From: Eledone cirrhosa | Lineage: Eukaryota | Reading direction: 5' to 3' | Assembly (NCBI GenBank): GCA_964016885.1 | Contig: OZ024747.1 | Location: 50,964,001 to 51,028,000, forward strand | Length of the DNA stretch: 64,000 nucleotides | Shown here: positions 26,351-40,125 of the stretch, in pieces | Numbering within the stretch: position 1 is the first letter of the stretch | How the letters are laid out: each line of letters opens with the position of its first letter | Notes under the pieces: generated by a model | What the model was told of the DNA's origin: nothing | The model's input: only the letters and a program-made list of their open reading frames with translations | Databases searched by the model: none | Made by a program: the position numbers and the translations under genes

Positions 26351-27054
26351 TTAACTATGGAGTGCTTCCCAGCATTATTTCTGATTTTTGCGTTTCGTTT
26401 CGCCGTTTCTACCCGCCGAAATGCGATTCTCGCTAAATTTATATTTGTATTAATCTCCCGAGTCTTACAATTAACTTGTTAATAATTTTATTGACAGGTT
26501 AATTGTATAAGTTTATTTTAAAAACTACCTGGTTGAGAGCTTATTCGATTTGTGCTATTTATGCAATTTTTTGCATGGAATACACATACTGAATTCATTT
26601 GCCAAAAATCTGGGGTTTTTCCCCTTGTGAATTCCACATGTGCTTCTACGCGGCTCTGTGTCATTCACAAATTTGGTACAGAGCAAAATACCTGTTGATA
26701 ACGTGATATTCCTTGTTCGATCATTATACCTAAAGCTTATAATTTTAAGCAGACAGTATTTTGATTTAGGTGTCATAGAAACCCTGCATTTGGATTTTAA
26801 CATCAATTCCAATGGGTCCAGGTCTGTGTTTTTTATCATTTATTTTGTTTTGACCTGTTTAGCTTGATTTGCTTTTTGGCTTAGGTGGTTGATGCTTTCT
26901 TGACCACTATTTCAGTTTTGTATGGCGTCTTAACATATTGTTTAGCTCTGGATTTTTAACTATGGAGCGCTTGCCAGCATTATTTTTAATTTTTGCGTTT
27001 CGTTTCGCCTTTTCTACCCGCCGAAATGCGATTCTCGCTAAATTTATATTTGTA
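26351..27054. mobile_element. Unclassified TA-associated element with ~100-bp direct terminal repeats
   Basis: 26351-26450 is repeated at ~26956-27054. A diverged copy lies at ~32760-33350 and an inverted end at ~32677-32730. Confidence 0.55.
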
Positions 27055-27540
27055 TATATAAATATATATATGTGTGTGTGTGTTTGTGTGTGTCTGTGTG
27101 AGTGTGTATGTTTGTATGTGTGTGAGCGTGCGTATTTATGTGTGCATAAGCTTTTGTGCGTTATTGCGATAATTTATGTAAATTGGTGTAATTTAATTAA
27201 ATATGGTTACCTCTCTAAAGGGAGATAATACTCTAACCACAGTCAAACCAAGGGATTACACATGTACGAGACAAACTGCTGATAGAATTGACCAATGCAT
27301 TTGAAAGTGGAACACCAGCATTATCGTTGTCCATAGACAGAAGCCAGTTAAAATCATGTAGAATAAAAGAATATACAGATGTATATATATGTATGTGGTG
27401 TTGTGGTGTATATATTCTCTCGTTCACGATTTCACCGAATTAAAATTCATAGAAATTTGGGACTTGACTCCTTCTTCCTCACTTTCTGTTGCTTCACCAT
27501 TTTGTTTGTTTGTTTACACTCGTGTCCCCTTTAATTACGT

Positions 27541-27642
27541 GTCCCAGCGACTTTTTTTAGCCGTTGCTCGCACCAACCGGAGGTATATGGTCTTTAAAGC
27601 GATGAAATACCAATGATGGTTGGAAGATCACTGATGAAGGAC
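27541..27642 (+). ncRNA. Second instance of the candidate CUGAUGA three-helix motif
   Basis: GTCC/GGAC, AGCGAC/GTTGCT and CCAACC/GGTTGG helices. Junction AAGATCACTGATGA. Confidence 0.45.
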
Positions 27643-27650
27643 TAACTTTA

Positions 27651-27700
<50 letters not shown>

Positions 27701-27781
27701 TTATTCCGGGTTCAATCGGGGGTAACCACAGTAAGTAAGGTACTCAATACATAGCAGAGTATAAATATTTAATATAGAAGA

Positions 27782-27830
27782 GCTTCTACAGGACTAGAAC
27801 TGTTTCCTACTTGAGAACTCATCAGGAAAC
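27782..27830 (-). ncRNA. Hammerhead ribozyme (family D)
   Basis: GTTTC CTGATGA GTTCTCAAGTAG GAAA CAG TTCTAGTC CTG TA/GAAGC, weak stem II. Inside a PLE island (~27698-28092). Confidence 0.68.
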
Positions 27831-28125
27831 TGACTGTTCGAGTAAATATGGTGGTATTTATATCTTTTGGGGTGGTAGGAGAGGTGGGGATTGGGATGGG
27901 TGGAGGTCATTGGTTGATGGGTTTAAAGAAAAGGGAATTCATTAAAAGCTAATTCTTTAAAGCAATAATTTATATTTAGAGTGACAAAGGCAGAAAGAAT
28001 TCTATAAACAAGTTCAGATTGGAGTACAACTCCTTATTTTTAAGTTTCTCTTAAGCTATATTTCAGGTGTCAGCAAGCACATTCACGCGCACACACACAC
28101 ATACACACACACGCGCGCGCGAACA

Positions 28126-28171
<46 letters not shown>

Positions 28172-28184
28172 CATATACATATAT

Positions 28185-28219
<35 letters not shown>

Positions 28220-28229
28220 CATACATATC

Positions 28230-28430
28230 GAAGGCGCATGGCTTAGTGGTTAGAGCATTGGGTTTGCAATCGAAAGGCTGTCAGTTCAATTCTCGGACTA
28301 ACTTATATGATGTGTTGTTTCCTTGAGCAAGACACATTATTTCACGTTGCTCCAGTTTACTCAGCTGTAGAAATGAGTACCGGCCTGCCCACCCAGCCAG
28401 TGGGATGGCGTTATCTTATGACTAAAACAG
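28230..28430 (+). mobile_element. tRNA-derived SINE, second family (CORE-like)
   Basis: A box TGGCTTAGTGG, B box AGTTCAATTC, then CCTTGAGCAAGACAC. Confidence 0.65.
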
Positions 28431-28517
28431 CACGACGTTTACACACATATATACACATACACACACACATATATATATGTGTGTGTATGTGTGTGTGTGT
28501 GTATATATATATATAGT

Positions 28518-28707
28518 AATGTTTCTACGTTAGGCACAAGACCAGCAATTACTCAGTGTATTACTGGTACTTTATTTTATCGTCCCCGTAAGGATGAAAG
28601 GCAAAGTTAACCTCGGCGGGATTTGAACTCAGAATGGCAAGGGCCATAACTCTATGCGTCAAAGCATGGCGTCCGACCCTCTACCGATACTGCCAATCCA
28701 CCGCCCA
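28518..28707 (-). mobile_element. Dominant SINE
   Basis: Full-length match. Confidence 0.85.
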
Positions 28708-29002
28708 TATATATATAGTAATAATAATAAATTTGAAGACTAAAATCCAAAGAGGGCTCGATAAGGATAAATATATATCAAATATATAAGAAGCCTAGAG
28801 CAAATATTTATTAAAATAACAGATTAAAGTTTAAGCAAAGAATCGCTGCTTTCACCCTTAACGGGATCTCCTGAAACTAAAAAAATCAATCTGTGAACGC
28901 AGAAGTAAATATTTCGAAAAACGTTTCCTCCGAAGGAAGACAGGAAGACGATACTTTGGTTCGTGGAAACATTCTCTGGCAAAGACCGGAAAAAAACGAA
29001 GA

Positions 29003-29190
29003 GGGCGGTGAATTGGCAGTATCGGTAGAGGGTCGGACGCCATGCTTTGCAGCACAGTTACGTCCCTTTACGGACTGAGTTCAAATCCCGCCGAAGTTAA
29101 CTTTGCCTTTCATCCTTACGGGGTCGATAAAATAAAGTACCAGTAATACACTGGGATAATTTCTGGCCTTGTGCCAAAAGTAGAAACAAT
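29003..29190 (+). mobile_element. Dominant SINE
   Basis: Full-length match. Confidence 0.85.
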
Positions 29191-29562
29191 TTTTTGGAGA
29201 CGGTGAAAACAATTACACACAAAGACAAAACCACGTGTATGGTATAAATGAAGCGTAGACTAATATTCTATTAGGTGGTTCCTGGAGACGTTCTCTGGCA
29301 ATGAACGGAAAAAACGAAGATAATACATCATTATGTGGATCGTTTAGAACAACTACACACAAAGACAAAGCCACGTTAATGGTATAACTAAAGTGGTAGG
29401 CTAAAATTCTATTCAGGAAACCGAATGATTCTCGGCTTCAAAGTTAAGAATAAAGTAAATAAATTACAGAGGTTATTGAAATCAACGATAATTAAATATA
29501 TATATGCACGCGTCTATATACATACATACACATGCATACACAATAGTTTCAGAAGATCCCCT

Positions 29563-29614
29563 TATGGGTGAAAGGGTGAAAACAGCGATTATTTGCTTAA
29601 ACTTTAATCTGTTA

Positions 29615-29676
<62 letters not shown>

Positions 29677-29723
29677 TAACAGATTAAAGTTTAAGCAAAT
29701 AATCGCTGTTTTCACCCTTTCAC

Positions 29724-29727
<4 letters not shown>
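29563..29727. repeat. Tail-to-tail inverted repeat around a (TA)n core
   Basis: TATGGGTGAAAGGGTGAAAACAGCGATT...TTTTAA (TA)n then its exact reverse complement. A third copy lies at ~28811-28875. Confidence 0.75.
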
Positions 29728-29791
<64 letters not shown>

Positions 29792-30048
29792 CCTATTACC
29801 CACTCTACTACCCTAAGTATTGAGTACTTTGGTGCGTTATGGTCCATCTGGTTCCTTACCACATTTCCTTCGTTATATATATATATATTTATATATATAT
29901 ATATGTGCGTATGTATGTGTATATGTATATATGTGTGTAAATGTGTTTGTATGTATATATATATATATATGTATATATATACGTGTATATATGTGTGTAT
30001 GTGTATATATATGGATATATATGTATATGTATATGTATATATGTATGC

Positions 30049-30108
<60 letters not shown>

Positions 30109-30125
30109 GTCTGTGTGTATATATG

Positions 30126-30176
<51 letters not shown>

Positions 30177-30791
30177 TTGTGTGCGTGAATGTGCTTGCTG
30201 ACACCTAAAATATAGCTTAAGAGAAACTTAACAATAAGGAGAAGCACCCCAAACTTGAATCAGTTTATAGAATTCTTTCTGACTTTGTCAATCTAAATAC
30301 CGCTTTAAAGAATTAGCTTTAAAGAATTCCCCGTTCTTTAAACCAATGACCTCCACCCATCCTGTAGACACCTGACTAAGAGCTGAAGCCGTTTCCACGG
30401 CCCTCGAAACAGCTTGAGCTCTCCCGTCCGGGTTAAACTTTTTCCTATTACCCACTCTACTACAGTAAGTATTTAGTACTGTGGTGCGTTATGGTCCATC
30501 TGGTTCCTTACCACACTTCCTTCGTTACACACACACACACACACACTTATATATATGCATATATAATTGTATACATATATATATGTGTGTGTATATATAT
30601 ATACGTATATATATGTTTATAAATATATATTCATATTTATACATATGTATATAATGAAGGAAGTGTGGTAAGGGACCAAGTGGACCAGAACACACCAGCG
30701 TACTCGATACTATGTGTAGTGGAGTGGATAATAGGAAAAGTGTCAGGACCCCGACGGTTGAGCTCCGGACGTTTCGACAGCTACTAGCTGT

Positions 30792-30852
<61 letters not shown>

Positions 30853-30853
<1 letters not shown>

Positions 30854-31046
30854 CGAAGGAAAAGTGGTAAGGAACCAGGTGGACCATAACGCACCAAAGT
30901 ACACAATACTTAGGGTAGTAGAGTGGGTAATAGGAGTAAGTAAGACCCCGACGGCTGAGCTCAAGCCGTTTCGACGGCCAATCTGTACTGGGTACAGAAT
31001 TGGCCGTCGAAACGGCTTGAGCTCAGCCGTCGGGGTCTTACTTACT

Positions 31047-31050
<4 letters not shown>
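30853..31050. mobile_element. PLE family M fold-back insertion
   Basis: Inverted arms around TCTGTACTGGGTACAGA. Confidence 0.72.
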
Positions 31051-31107
<57 letters not shown>

Positions 31108-31218
31108 TATTTTCCGTTGTGTTGTAATATAAATATTACACGCAGTAGATTATCAGCTCACGTAGAGTTTGCTCGACGGTTCCAGTTGTAGTTCCAAAAG
31201 TAATCCGGAGAAAAATAG

Positions 31219-32324
31219 AAAGATTTGAATGGATACAGTTTAGTTGAAAGGAATTTATTGACACGTGTTTCTATAACAGTTACATAACCTAAAACAGCTG
31301 CTATCTACAAACTTTTAGTTATGCAGACATTCAATATTTCAATGTTATTATTTACTGTCATTTCATCAGAATAATATTACTGAGGACCTATTTAGTTTTT
31401 ATAGAGAATATTAGGAGGGAGGGGTGAAGTTGTTAGAAGAATAGTTGAAGGAGTGGTTTTTCGATAGCAGTGAGAATTCTTGGTGGCAGTGAGTAATTAG
31501 ATTCCCATCTGTTGTTTTGACATTTTTTATAGAATATATTATTGGTTATTTTTTTAAATCTATAGAAGGATTAGAGATAGTAAAGATATATATATATATA
31601 TATGTGTGTATGTATATATGTGTATATGGATGTGTATGTATGTGTATGTGTGTACACATGGACTAGAGTATGTATGTATATATGTGTGTGTCTATACGTG
31701 TGTATATAAAGATAAGTTGAGTATGAAAATGTATACACATGAGCGCGTATGTATGTACATGAATACATGTGTGTATATATATGTGTATGCATGTGTATAT
31801 ATATGTAAGTATGAATATGTGAATTGTGAGTATATGTATTTTGTAGAGGTGTGCAAATATATTTGTTTGTGAATGCGTGGGTGAAAGGATACGTACACTT
31901 GAAAGAAAAATTTAAGTCTGAATGTTAATTAAGTGCAAACACAAAACCAACCACGCATATCTTTACTATCTCTAATCCTTCTATAGATTTAGAAAAATAA
32001 CCAATAATATATTCTATAAAAAATGTCAAAACAACAGATGGGAATCTAATTACTCACTGCCACCAAGAATTCTCACTGCTATCGAAAAACCACTCCTTCA
32101 ACTATTCTTCTAACAACTTCACCCCTCCCTCCTAATATTCTCTATAAAAACTAAATAGGTCCTCAGTAATATTATTCTGATGAAATGACAGTAAATAATA
32201 ACATTGAAATATTGAATGTCTGCATAACTAAAAGTTTGTAGATAGCAGCTGTTTTAGGTTATGTAACTGTTATAGAAACACGTGTCAATAAATTCCTTTC
32301 AACTAAACTGTATCCATTCAAATC

Positions 32325-32327
<3 letters not shown>
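31219..32327. mobile_element. PLE-type inverted insertion with 371-bp near-perfect arms
   Basis: Arms 31219-31589 and 31957-32327 (one mismatch noticed). Each arm carries a family-F HHR. Confidence 0.85.
32172..32291 (+). ncRNA. Hammerhead ribozyme with extended stem II (family F); mirror copy 31255-31374 on minus
   Basis: TTATT CTGATGA A ATGACAGT [~75 nt] ACTGTTAT A GAAA CACGTG TC/AATAA. Confidence 0.75.
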
Positions 32328-32383
<56 letters not shown>

Positions 32384-32586
32384 AGGAGGTGAGTTTTATT
32401 GTAGCACAATAAAGCAATGCAAATATCGGATAAGTAGCACTCTACAGTTTGTAGGACTGAAGTATAAATAATATAAGATCAAAAGATGGTTAAAAGAGTT
32501 CCAAGTATTTCATTATGCGCATTTCATATGTTGATTTAACACTTCACTGCTCGCAAGTGTTCTTTAAGCTTCATATCATGTCTCCC

Positions 32587-32657
32587 TATTTTATCTGATG
32601 AGAACGCAAATATCATCCCATGATGATATTTATTTTTGAAATGCGCATAATAAAATA
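32587..32657 (+). ncRNA. Hammerhead ribozyme (family B, second copy)
   Basis: TATTTTAT CTGATGA ... GAAA TGCGCA TA/ATAAAATA. The island ~32383-32667 is homologous to 18271-18598. Confidence 0.78.
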
Positions 32658-32726
32658 CTTGGAACTATATATGTATATACAAATAAAGATTCAGCGAGAA
32701 TCGCATTTTGGTGGGCAGGAAAAGCG

Positions 32727-32762
<36 letters not shown>

Positions 32763-33348
32763 CTATTGACCAGTTAATTTTATTGATTTTTTTTAGTTGA
32801 TTCTATTGACTGATGAATAGCTTTTGTTAACTTTAAAACCATTCTGTTGAGAACTTAATTCGTTTTGTGATATTTTGCAATTTTGCAATATTACACACTG
32901 AATTCTTCCGCCCAAAATAAGGGTTGCCTCCCTTGCCGAGCCCCACGTGGGTATTGGTAACGGTCAATCCTTGGCCTGGCACTTGAACTAAAACCTGTTC
33001 AGAAAGTGACGTCCTCGTTCAATCATCTTACCAAAAGCTTAACATTATTTGTCTAAGCGGACAGTACTTGATTTAGGAGTCGCAGAAACCCAAATGCTGA
33101 ATTTTACCAACCATCCAGGGGTCGGGGTAAATTTTTCAATCACATATTTTTATTTGTTTGACCCGAATTACTTGGTCGTTTCTATGGTTGTGCGGATAAT
33201 GGTTTAACCATCGTCTCAGTGTGTTTGGCCTTTTAACGTATGTTGTAGCTCTGGTTCATTAGAATTCATTGAGCGCTTGCCACACATCTCGGAAGTTGTT
33301 TTTCGCTAATTTCCAATAGCCGAAATACGATTCTCGCTAATTTATATT

Positions 33349-33412
<64 letters not shown>

Positions 33413-33475
33413 GGAACACTGGAAGGTAATATCCGTAGTGGTAGAGAGAGCACTCAGTCCAAGGGACGAGTTAGA

Positions 33476-33892
33476 TAGAAGTGGTTACACAACAGTTAGT
33501 TCACCATACCGAGAACAATTGTTTCACCTTCGCGGATCTTCAGCTCGGGATGTATATAGTTATAGGAACAGGAAGGACAACCGTACGTACGCGCATGCGC
33601 AGAAACTCGGTAACTTCACACAGGCAATAGTCGACTGCGTGCGGGGGGTGTAAGGGAGATAACTGCGAAAGTCCGGAAAGTTTTTTAGTTGAAAATAAAA
33701 TAAAAACATCTCCCTTACACCCCCCGCACGCAGTCTACTATCGCCTGTGTGAAGTGACCGAGTCTCTGCGCATGCGCGTTCGTACGGTTGTCCTTCCTGT
33801 CCTATAACAATATACATCCTGAGCTGAAGATGCGCGAAGGTGAAACAATTGTTCTCGGTATGGTGAACTAACTGTTGTGTAACCACTTCTAT
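33476..33892. mobile_element. PLE-type inverted insertion with ~185-bp arms
   Basis: Arms ~33476-33660 and ~33708-33892, each with a family-G HHR. Confidence 0.8.
33509..33548 (-). ncRNA. Hammerhead ribozyme (family G); mirror copy 33819-33858 on plus
   Basis: CCGAG CTGAAGA TCCGCGAAGGT GAAA CAATTG TT/CTCGG, palindromic stem III and GUU triplet. Confidence 0.75.
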
Positions 33893-34021
33893 ATATATAT
33901 ATATATGTATATATATGCATGTATTTCTGTATATTTGATCGGAAAGGGAAGTGGAGTCATGTATGCATGGATACTTCATACTGTATATATAAATATCATG
34001 TAATCAGTTATATATATATAT

Positions 34022-34265
34022 AATTGTTTCTACTTTAGGCACAAGGCCAGCAATTACCCAGTGCATTACTGGTACTTTATTTTATCGACCCCGTAAGGAT
34101 GAAAGGCAAAGTCAACCTCGGCGGGATTTGAACTCAGATCGTAAAGGGACGTAACTATGCTGGAAAGCATGGCGTCCGATATAATTGTTTCTACTTTAGG
34201 CACAAGGCCAGCAATTACCCAGTGCATTACTGGTACTTTATTTTATCGACCCCGATGGCGTCCGA
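34022..34265 (-). mobile_element. Two tandem truncated dominant SINEs
   Basis: Copies at ~34022-34180 and ~34183-34265. Confidence 0.8.
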
Positions 34266-34357
34266 TATAATACACACTAAACACACACACTAAAGTGATA
34301 TTATATATACAACACCGTACGACTGATTATATGTACTGGGTATTTAGCGTATACGCA

Positions 34358-34396
<39 letters not shown>

Positions 34397-34422
34397 TATA
34401 TATTTATTTATTTATATTGTGG

Positions 34423-34454
<32 letters not shown>

Positions 34455-35188
34455 CTGTATGCATGTGTATATGTATGCATATATGTATATATGTATATAT
34501 GTATGTATATATGGATATATGTATATATGTATGTGTTTATGTATATACGTATGGATATATAGATGTGTATGCATATATGTATGTATGTATGTATATACAC
34601 ATATGTGTGTATAATATATCGTAGGTACATAATCAGACGTAAATATATTTCTACATCCGTACATTAGGTCAATTTATTAAAACCTAGAATTTACTGTTGC
34701 ATAGGAAACACCTAAATAAATATTATTTAACTAAGTACACACACGCATACACACACACTCACATACATATAGACACACAGTTACACACACAGATACACAT
34801 ATACACACACACAAGCACAAACACATACACAAACACATACACAAATACACACACGCATACACACACACAGATACACATATATACACACACACAATCACAC
34901 AAACGCACAAACACAAACACAAACGCAAACGCACTTCCATATACATAACTATTTACATGTATAATATATATATATATATGTGTGTGTATATATGTATATA
35001 TATATATATATAAATATATATATATATATTGAAAGGATAACAAGGACGATTGGTTACTCCTTCATTACATTTATTGGTAGGTGACGCGTGACGCGCGTAT
35101 CGCCACTGATCAGCTCAAGGTTCGATCTGTATCGATCTTACCCGACTCTATAATCGGCAGCTCGACGGACTCTTTAAAATGGTAGTAG

Positions 35189-35240
<52 letters not shown>

Positions 35241-35540
35241 GTATATATGTATGTATTTTTTCTCACGAGTCAGTTCTTTCGTTGCTACGGAATTACCGGT
35301 CGCTATCTTCAATTTGCAAAGCCCTTTAAACTGTATGTTATTACTCTGAGGTCTATACCTTGTCGAGTGCTTGGCTGCACTGCTGAATGCATTCGTCGGC
35401 TTCACTGCAGCTCGAGCTTCGAATATGCTTGACTTCCATTTGTATATAAATATATAGGGCGGGTAAAATTCCCGAGATCCATGGACGAGTTAGCTCCATC
35501 GGTCTCTGTCCCTCATTATCGCTGCCATGTCCCGCGCCTC

Positions 35541-35598
<58 letters not shown>

Positions 35599-35601
<3 letters not shown>

Positions 35602-35799
35602 GAAGGAAATGTGGTAAGGAACCAGGTGGACCATAACGCAACAAAGTACTCAATACTTAGGGTAGTAGAGTGGGTAATAGGAACAAATAAGACCCCGACG
35701 GCTGAGCTCAAGCCGTTTCGACGGCTAATTCTGTACTCCAGAATTAGTACAGAATTAGCCGTCGAAACGGCTTGAGCTCAGCCGTCGGGGTCTTATTTG

Positions 35800-35803
<4 letters not shown>
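35599..35803. mobile_element. PLE family M fold-back insertion
   Basis: Perfect arms around CTAATTCTGTACT...AGTACAGAATTAG. Confidence 0.75.
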
Positions 35804-35883
<80 letters not shown>

Positions 35884-36081
35884 GGTTTGTGGTTCACCAC
35901 TGTATAGAGCTGGTTTATTCCGTATGGTCAATCGTAATGTAATAATATGGAGAGTACTCAACGTAAAGCAGTTCAACCGTCTTTGTTTTTGTAGTTGGTG
36001 GCGCTATTACGGAGTTAAATATTATAATGAAATGACAGGAGGCTGGATTTGTGTAAATCCTTGAAAGGTTTATTATACTAC

Positions 36082-36261
36082 AATTGGCAGTGTCGGTAGA
36101 GGGTTGGACGCCATGCTTTCTAGCATAGTTACGTCCCTTTACGATCTGAGTTCAAATCCCGCCGAGGTTAACTTTGCCTTTCATCCTTACGGGGTCGATA
36201 AAATAAAGTACTAGTAATGTACTGGGTAATTGCTGGCCTTGTGCCTAAAGTAGAAACAATT
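36082..36261 (+). mobile_element. Dominant SINE inserted into a PLE inverted arm
   Basis: ATTATACTA duplicated on both sides. The other arm (36424-36560) is uninterrupted. Confidence 0.85.
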
Positions 36262-36450
36262 ATACTATGATCATTTCAATGACCGGGATCCGTATGAATC
36301 CCGTGATATCATCAGGTATTCGAAATATAATACGTGAATGTAATAGATAAAGTCCATGGGGCTGAAAATCGAGGACCCGAAGGCGTCCGCTATCTTGCAC
36401 CCTCTATCTTAGCCGGACGCTCTCTATTACATTCACGTATTATATTTCGA

Positions 36451-36508
36451 ATATCTGATGATATCACCGGATTCATACGGAACCCGGTCATTGAAATGAT
36501 CATAGTAT
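36451..36508 (+). ncRNA. Hammerhead ribozyme (family H); mirror copy 36262-36319 on minus
   Basis: ATAT CTGATGA TATCACCGG...CCGGTCATT GAAA TGATCA TA/GTAT, palindromic stem III. Confidence 0.77.
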
Positions 36509-36562
36509 AATAAACCATTCAAGGATTTACACAAATCCAGCCTCCTGTCATTTCATTATAAT

Positions 36563-36608
<46 letters not shown>

Positions 36609-36691
36609 GTATATATATATATACAAAGAAAGTCACATATATATATGTCCTTCTGTGCACGTTGTGTGTAAATAAATACATAAATATATAT

Positions 36692-36742
<51 letters not shown>

Positions 36743-36809
36743 AATATATATATAAATATATAAATATATATATTTATATAAATATATAATATATATATAT
36801 AAATATATG

Positions 36810-37015
<206 letters not shown>

Positions 37016-37644
37016 AGGAAAAGTAATCGAAAACGCAACTGGAGTTTTTTAAAGAATATTTATTTATTTCCTTTACCGGTTTCACAGTTTTTATGCTTTT
37101 CGAAACTAGAATTGAGACGGAGGGTTTGTGGTTTTTTATAAAACCCCAAAAAATAAATATTCTTAAAAAGACGCCAGTTGTATTTTTGATTTCTTTTCCT
37201 CATACTTTCACACGTGTAGGACATCTGGTTTTCTTTTTTAATAAAAAAAAAACTCATTTTCTTATAATTATACATTCTTATAATTATACATACACATTTA
37301 ATTCTACATTCACAAACACACACATATATATATACGTCTTTTTGTATCCCTGTATATAGGAATATATGTACGTACACTTGTATGTATATATATTATCCAT
37401 ACACATATCTATACAAGCAAATATGTAAGTGTATCTACCTTACACATGTATATATAACAACTAGTTGACTTTAGATGCATTTGTAAAGCATGCGTGCCTA
37501 CGCAAATGACCTTAATAATACTTGATAGGTATAAATGATAGTGAGAACCAGGTAAAATTAAATTTGTAGTATTATTAATTAATTTGACTATTATTATTTA
37601 TATAACTATTATTAAGCTTGATTGAGTTGTAACGCACACATTTC

Positions 37645-37771
<127 letters not shown>

Positions 37772-39211
37772 CAGTGTCTATGTCCTGAGCGCCCCCATGT
37801 TGAATACACAGACACACACACATATATATATATATTTATATTTATATATATATACACATAAATTTATATATGAATATGTATATATATATATATATATATA
37901 TATTCATATACATATTTATGTGTATATATATATATAAATATAAATATATATAGAGAGATATATATATATATACATTTTAGTACAGCATTAACGAAGCTTT
38001 AGAACACGGCCAAGCTAACGAATGCAGAATCGGTCTGTAACTTTAGCACTCCGATGAGGAAGAAACCCAGAGAAATAACATTACGTTGAGACAGCTTAGC
38101 AAATCAGATATAGCGGTCAGCAGTCCAGCCGCATCACTAGAGCAACGAACATACAGGACCCAGGAAAAGATTTTATACTGACCCGGACAGAGCGGTGAGG
38201 CTGAGTGCAAAATACATGCCTTACATCGTATATCACACAATATACATCACATACAGCACCCAACATCAGCGCTAAGTTTCTGAAAATCCAAATCGACAAA
38301 TTCCGATTGCAGGAGTCTGCAATATAATAGTTTTTGACGACAGAACATAGGATTTCCTTCTTCAGCAAGTTTTTCGTTCTTAGCCTGAGCTAAGCTTTAA
38401 ATTTCGCCACAGCCACGTGGTTTTCTCCAAGGTATGATGACAAATCTAATTTGTTTCAGAAACTTAAACATTACCACAAAGCCTGTTGCCACATCAAGTA
38501 AATTATAAGTACTAGGAGAAAAACCACCTGAAGGGTGGTTTTCTGGTAGCATGTGTAGTGTGTATATTGATATTATACACAAATATATATGCATGTAAAT
38601 AAAATCGTAATTGACAATATACACAGAAATTGAACGAAGACTGTGTTACACTGTTTTCTGTAATCAGTAACGTAATCCATGATACATTTAAAAAAATACG
38701 ATATTATATATAAACTGCATTTAGAAAAAATTAGCGACGGAGATATATGCGATTATACGTGTTATAATATAAAGGCCGCTAACCGGAAGTGTTGACATTT
38801 GACAATTTTAAAGAAGTGAATCTTTAAATAAGCTATAAAATATATTTAATCAACAGCCACGAAATTTAGTAGATAAATTATGTAATATTCATTCATTATT
38901 TATTCAAAGTAATCCAACTTATTTTACAAACGGGTAAAAAAAATATATTCTGGATGCAGTCCCGCACTCCTTTCTTTATTGTGGTTAAGATTTCGAGGCA
39001 ATTTTGTTCCGAATCCTCAACTAGCACCAAAACCTTACACCAAATAGTTAAAAATATAATGAATAAAATTTAGTATAATACATGTAAACAGTAGAGTTAA
39101 TACAAGAATAAGGAATCAGAAAGAAAAAAAATTGTTTCCGATTTATCGTTTTGTTTTAATCTTTTCTCTCTTACTTGACACATATCATTAGTGGAAGGGT
39201 GTGAAATATTT

Positions 39212-39600
39212 TGATAGTCACCAAATTATCGCGAATACAAGCTGTCGAAATTGGTTTCCTCAGAAGGGTCTTTCGAATAACGTTACTCGATAGAGTGCGT
39301 AGTTCGGGGATCAGAGGGTCACTCCAGGTAGAATTGAGAGATCACAGCTCCAATACTATGGGCATGTGGCTAGAATGTCCCAGGAAAGAATCGCTGGACA
39401 TATTTTACGGGCAAGAACCAACCGGCATAAAACCCAGAGGTGGACGCCGAGCAAGATGTTTGGATAACACCCATGAGATTGGCTGGCCTCGCTTAGGGAT
39501 GCAGCTGGATCAGTTGTTTACGGTTACTTTTGACAGGACCCGCTAGAAGGAGTGTCTGAGGGCTCTGTCCTAACGACCCTCTCCGGAATAAGTGGGCGTA
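39212..39600 (+). mobile_element. RTE-clade (Rex3/Expander-like) LINE 3' fragment with (AAG)n tail
   Basis: RIQAVEIGFLRRVFRITLLDRVRSS...PTGIKPRGGRRARCLD, frameshifted. Ends ATAAGTGGGCG+(AAG)n. Confidence 0.75.
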
Positions 39601-39992
39601 GGAGAAGAAGAAGAAGAAGAAGAAGAAGAAGAAGAAGAAGAGAGAGAGGGGGAAGAGAGATTGGAAGAAAGAGAAAGAGAGAGAAATAGTGAGAGACAGA
39701 GTGAGAGTGAGAGTGTCTATGTGAGAGAGAGTGAGAGTGAGAGTGCGTGAGAGAGAGGGGGGCGGTGGGATTGTGTTGTACCTGGAATTCAAAGACGCAG
39801 CCTTCCTTGTCACGTTATGTGTTTCTGCCTATTAGGTGGCAGCGATACATCGGCAAACAATCGATATCGGCCATATCATCCATTTTGGCAATTAATCAAT
39901 ATTGGTTTTTTGGGGCGATTAATCCATACCGGCTCTTTTGCAGATTAATCAGTTTTGATGATCTTCCTTTCTTGTTGATCATTATTGGGGAT

Positions 39993-40125
39993 ATTGGCAG
40001 TATCGGTAGAGGGTTGGACGCCATGCTTTGCAGTATAGAGTTACGGTCTGAGTTCAAATCCCGCCTAGGTTAACTCTGCCTTTCATCCTTAATTGCTGGC
40101 CTTGTGCCAAAAGTAGAAATAATTA
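39993..40125 (+). mobile_element. Dominant SINE, internally deleted
   Basis: Head, B box and tail are present. Confidence 0.75.

Noticed and set aside
28840-29600. Hammerhead-like CAGAAGA/CAGGAGA TCCC...GGGT GAAA
   Set aside because: No NUH triplet or convincing stem I could be built.
35075-35120. Minus-strand CTGATCA...CGATACGCGCGTC resembling a decayed HHR
   Set aside because: Two core mismatches and no stem I pairing.
38040-38630. Short ORFs in a complex-sequence island
   Set aside because: No recognisable domain or consistent exon structure by eye.
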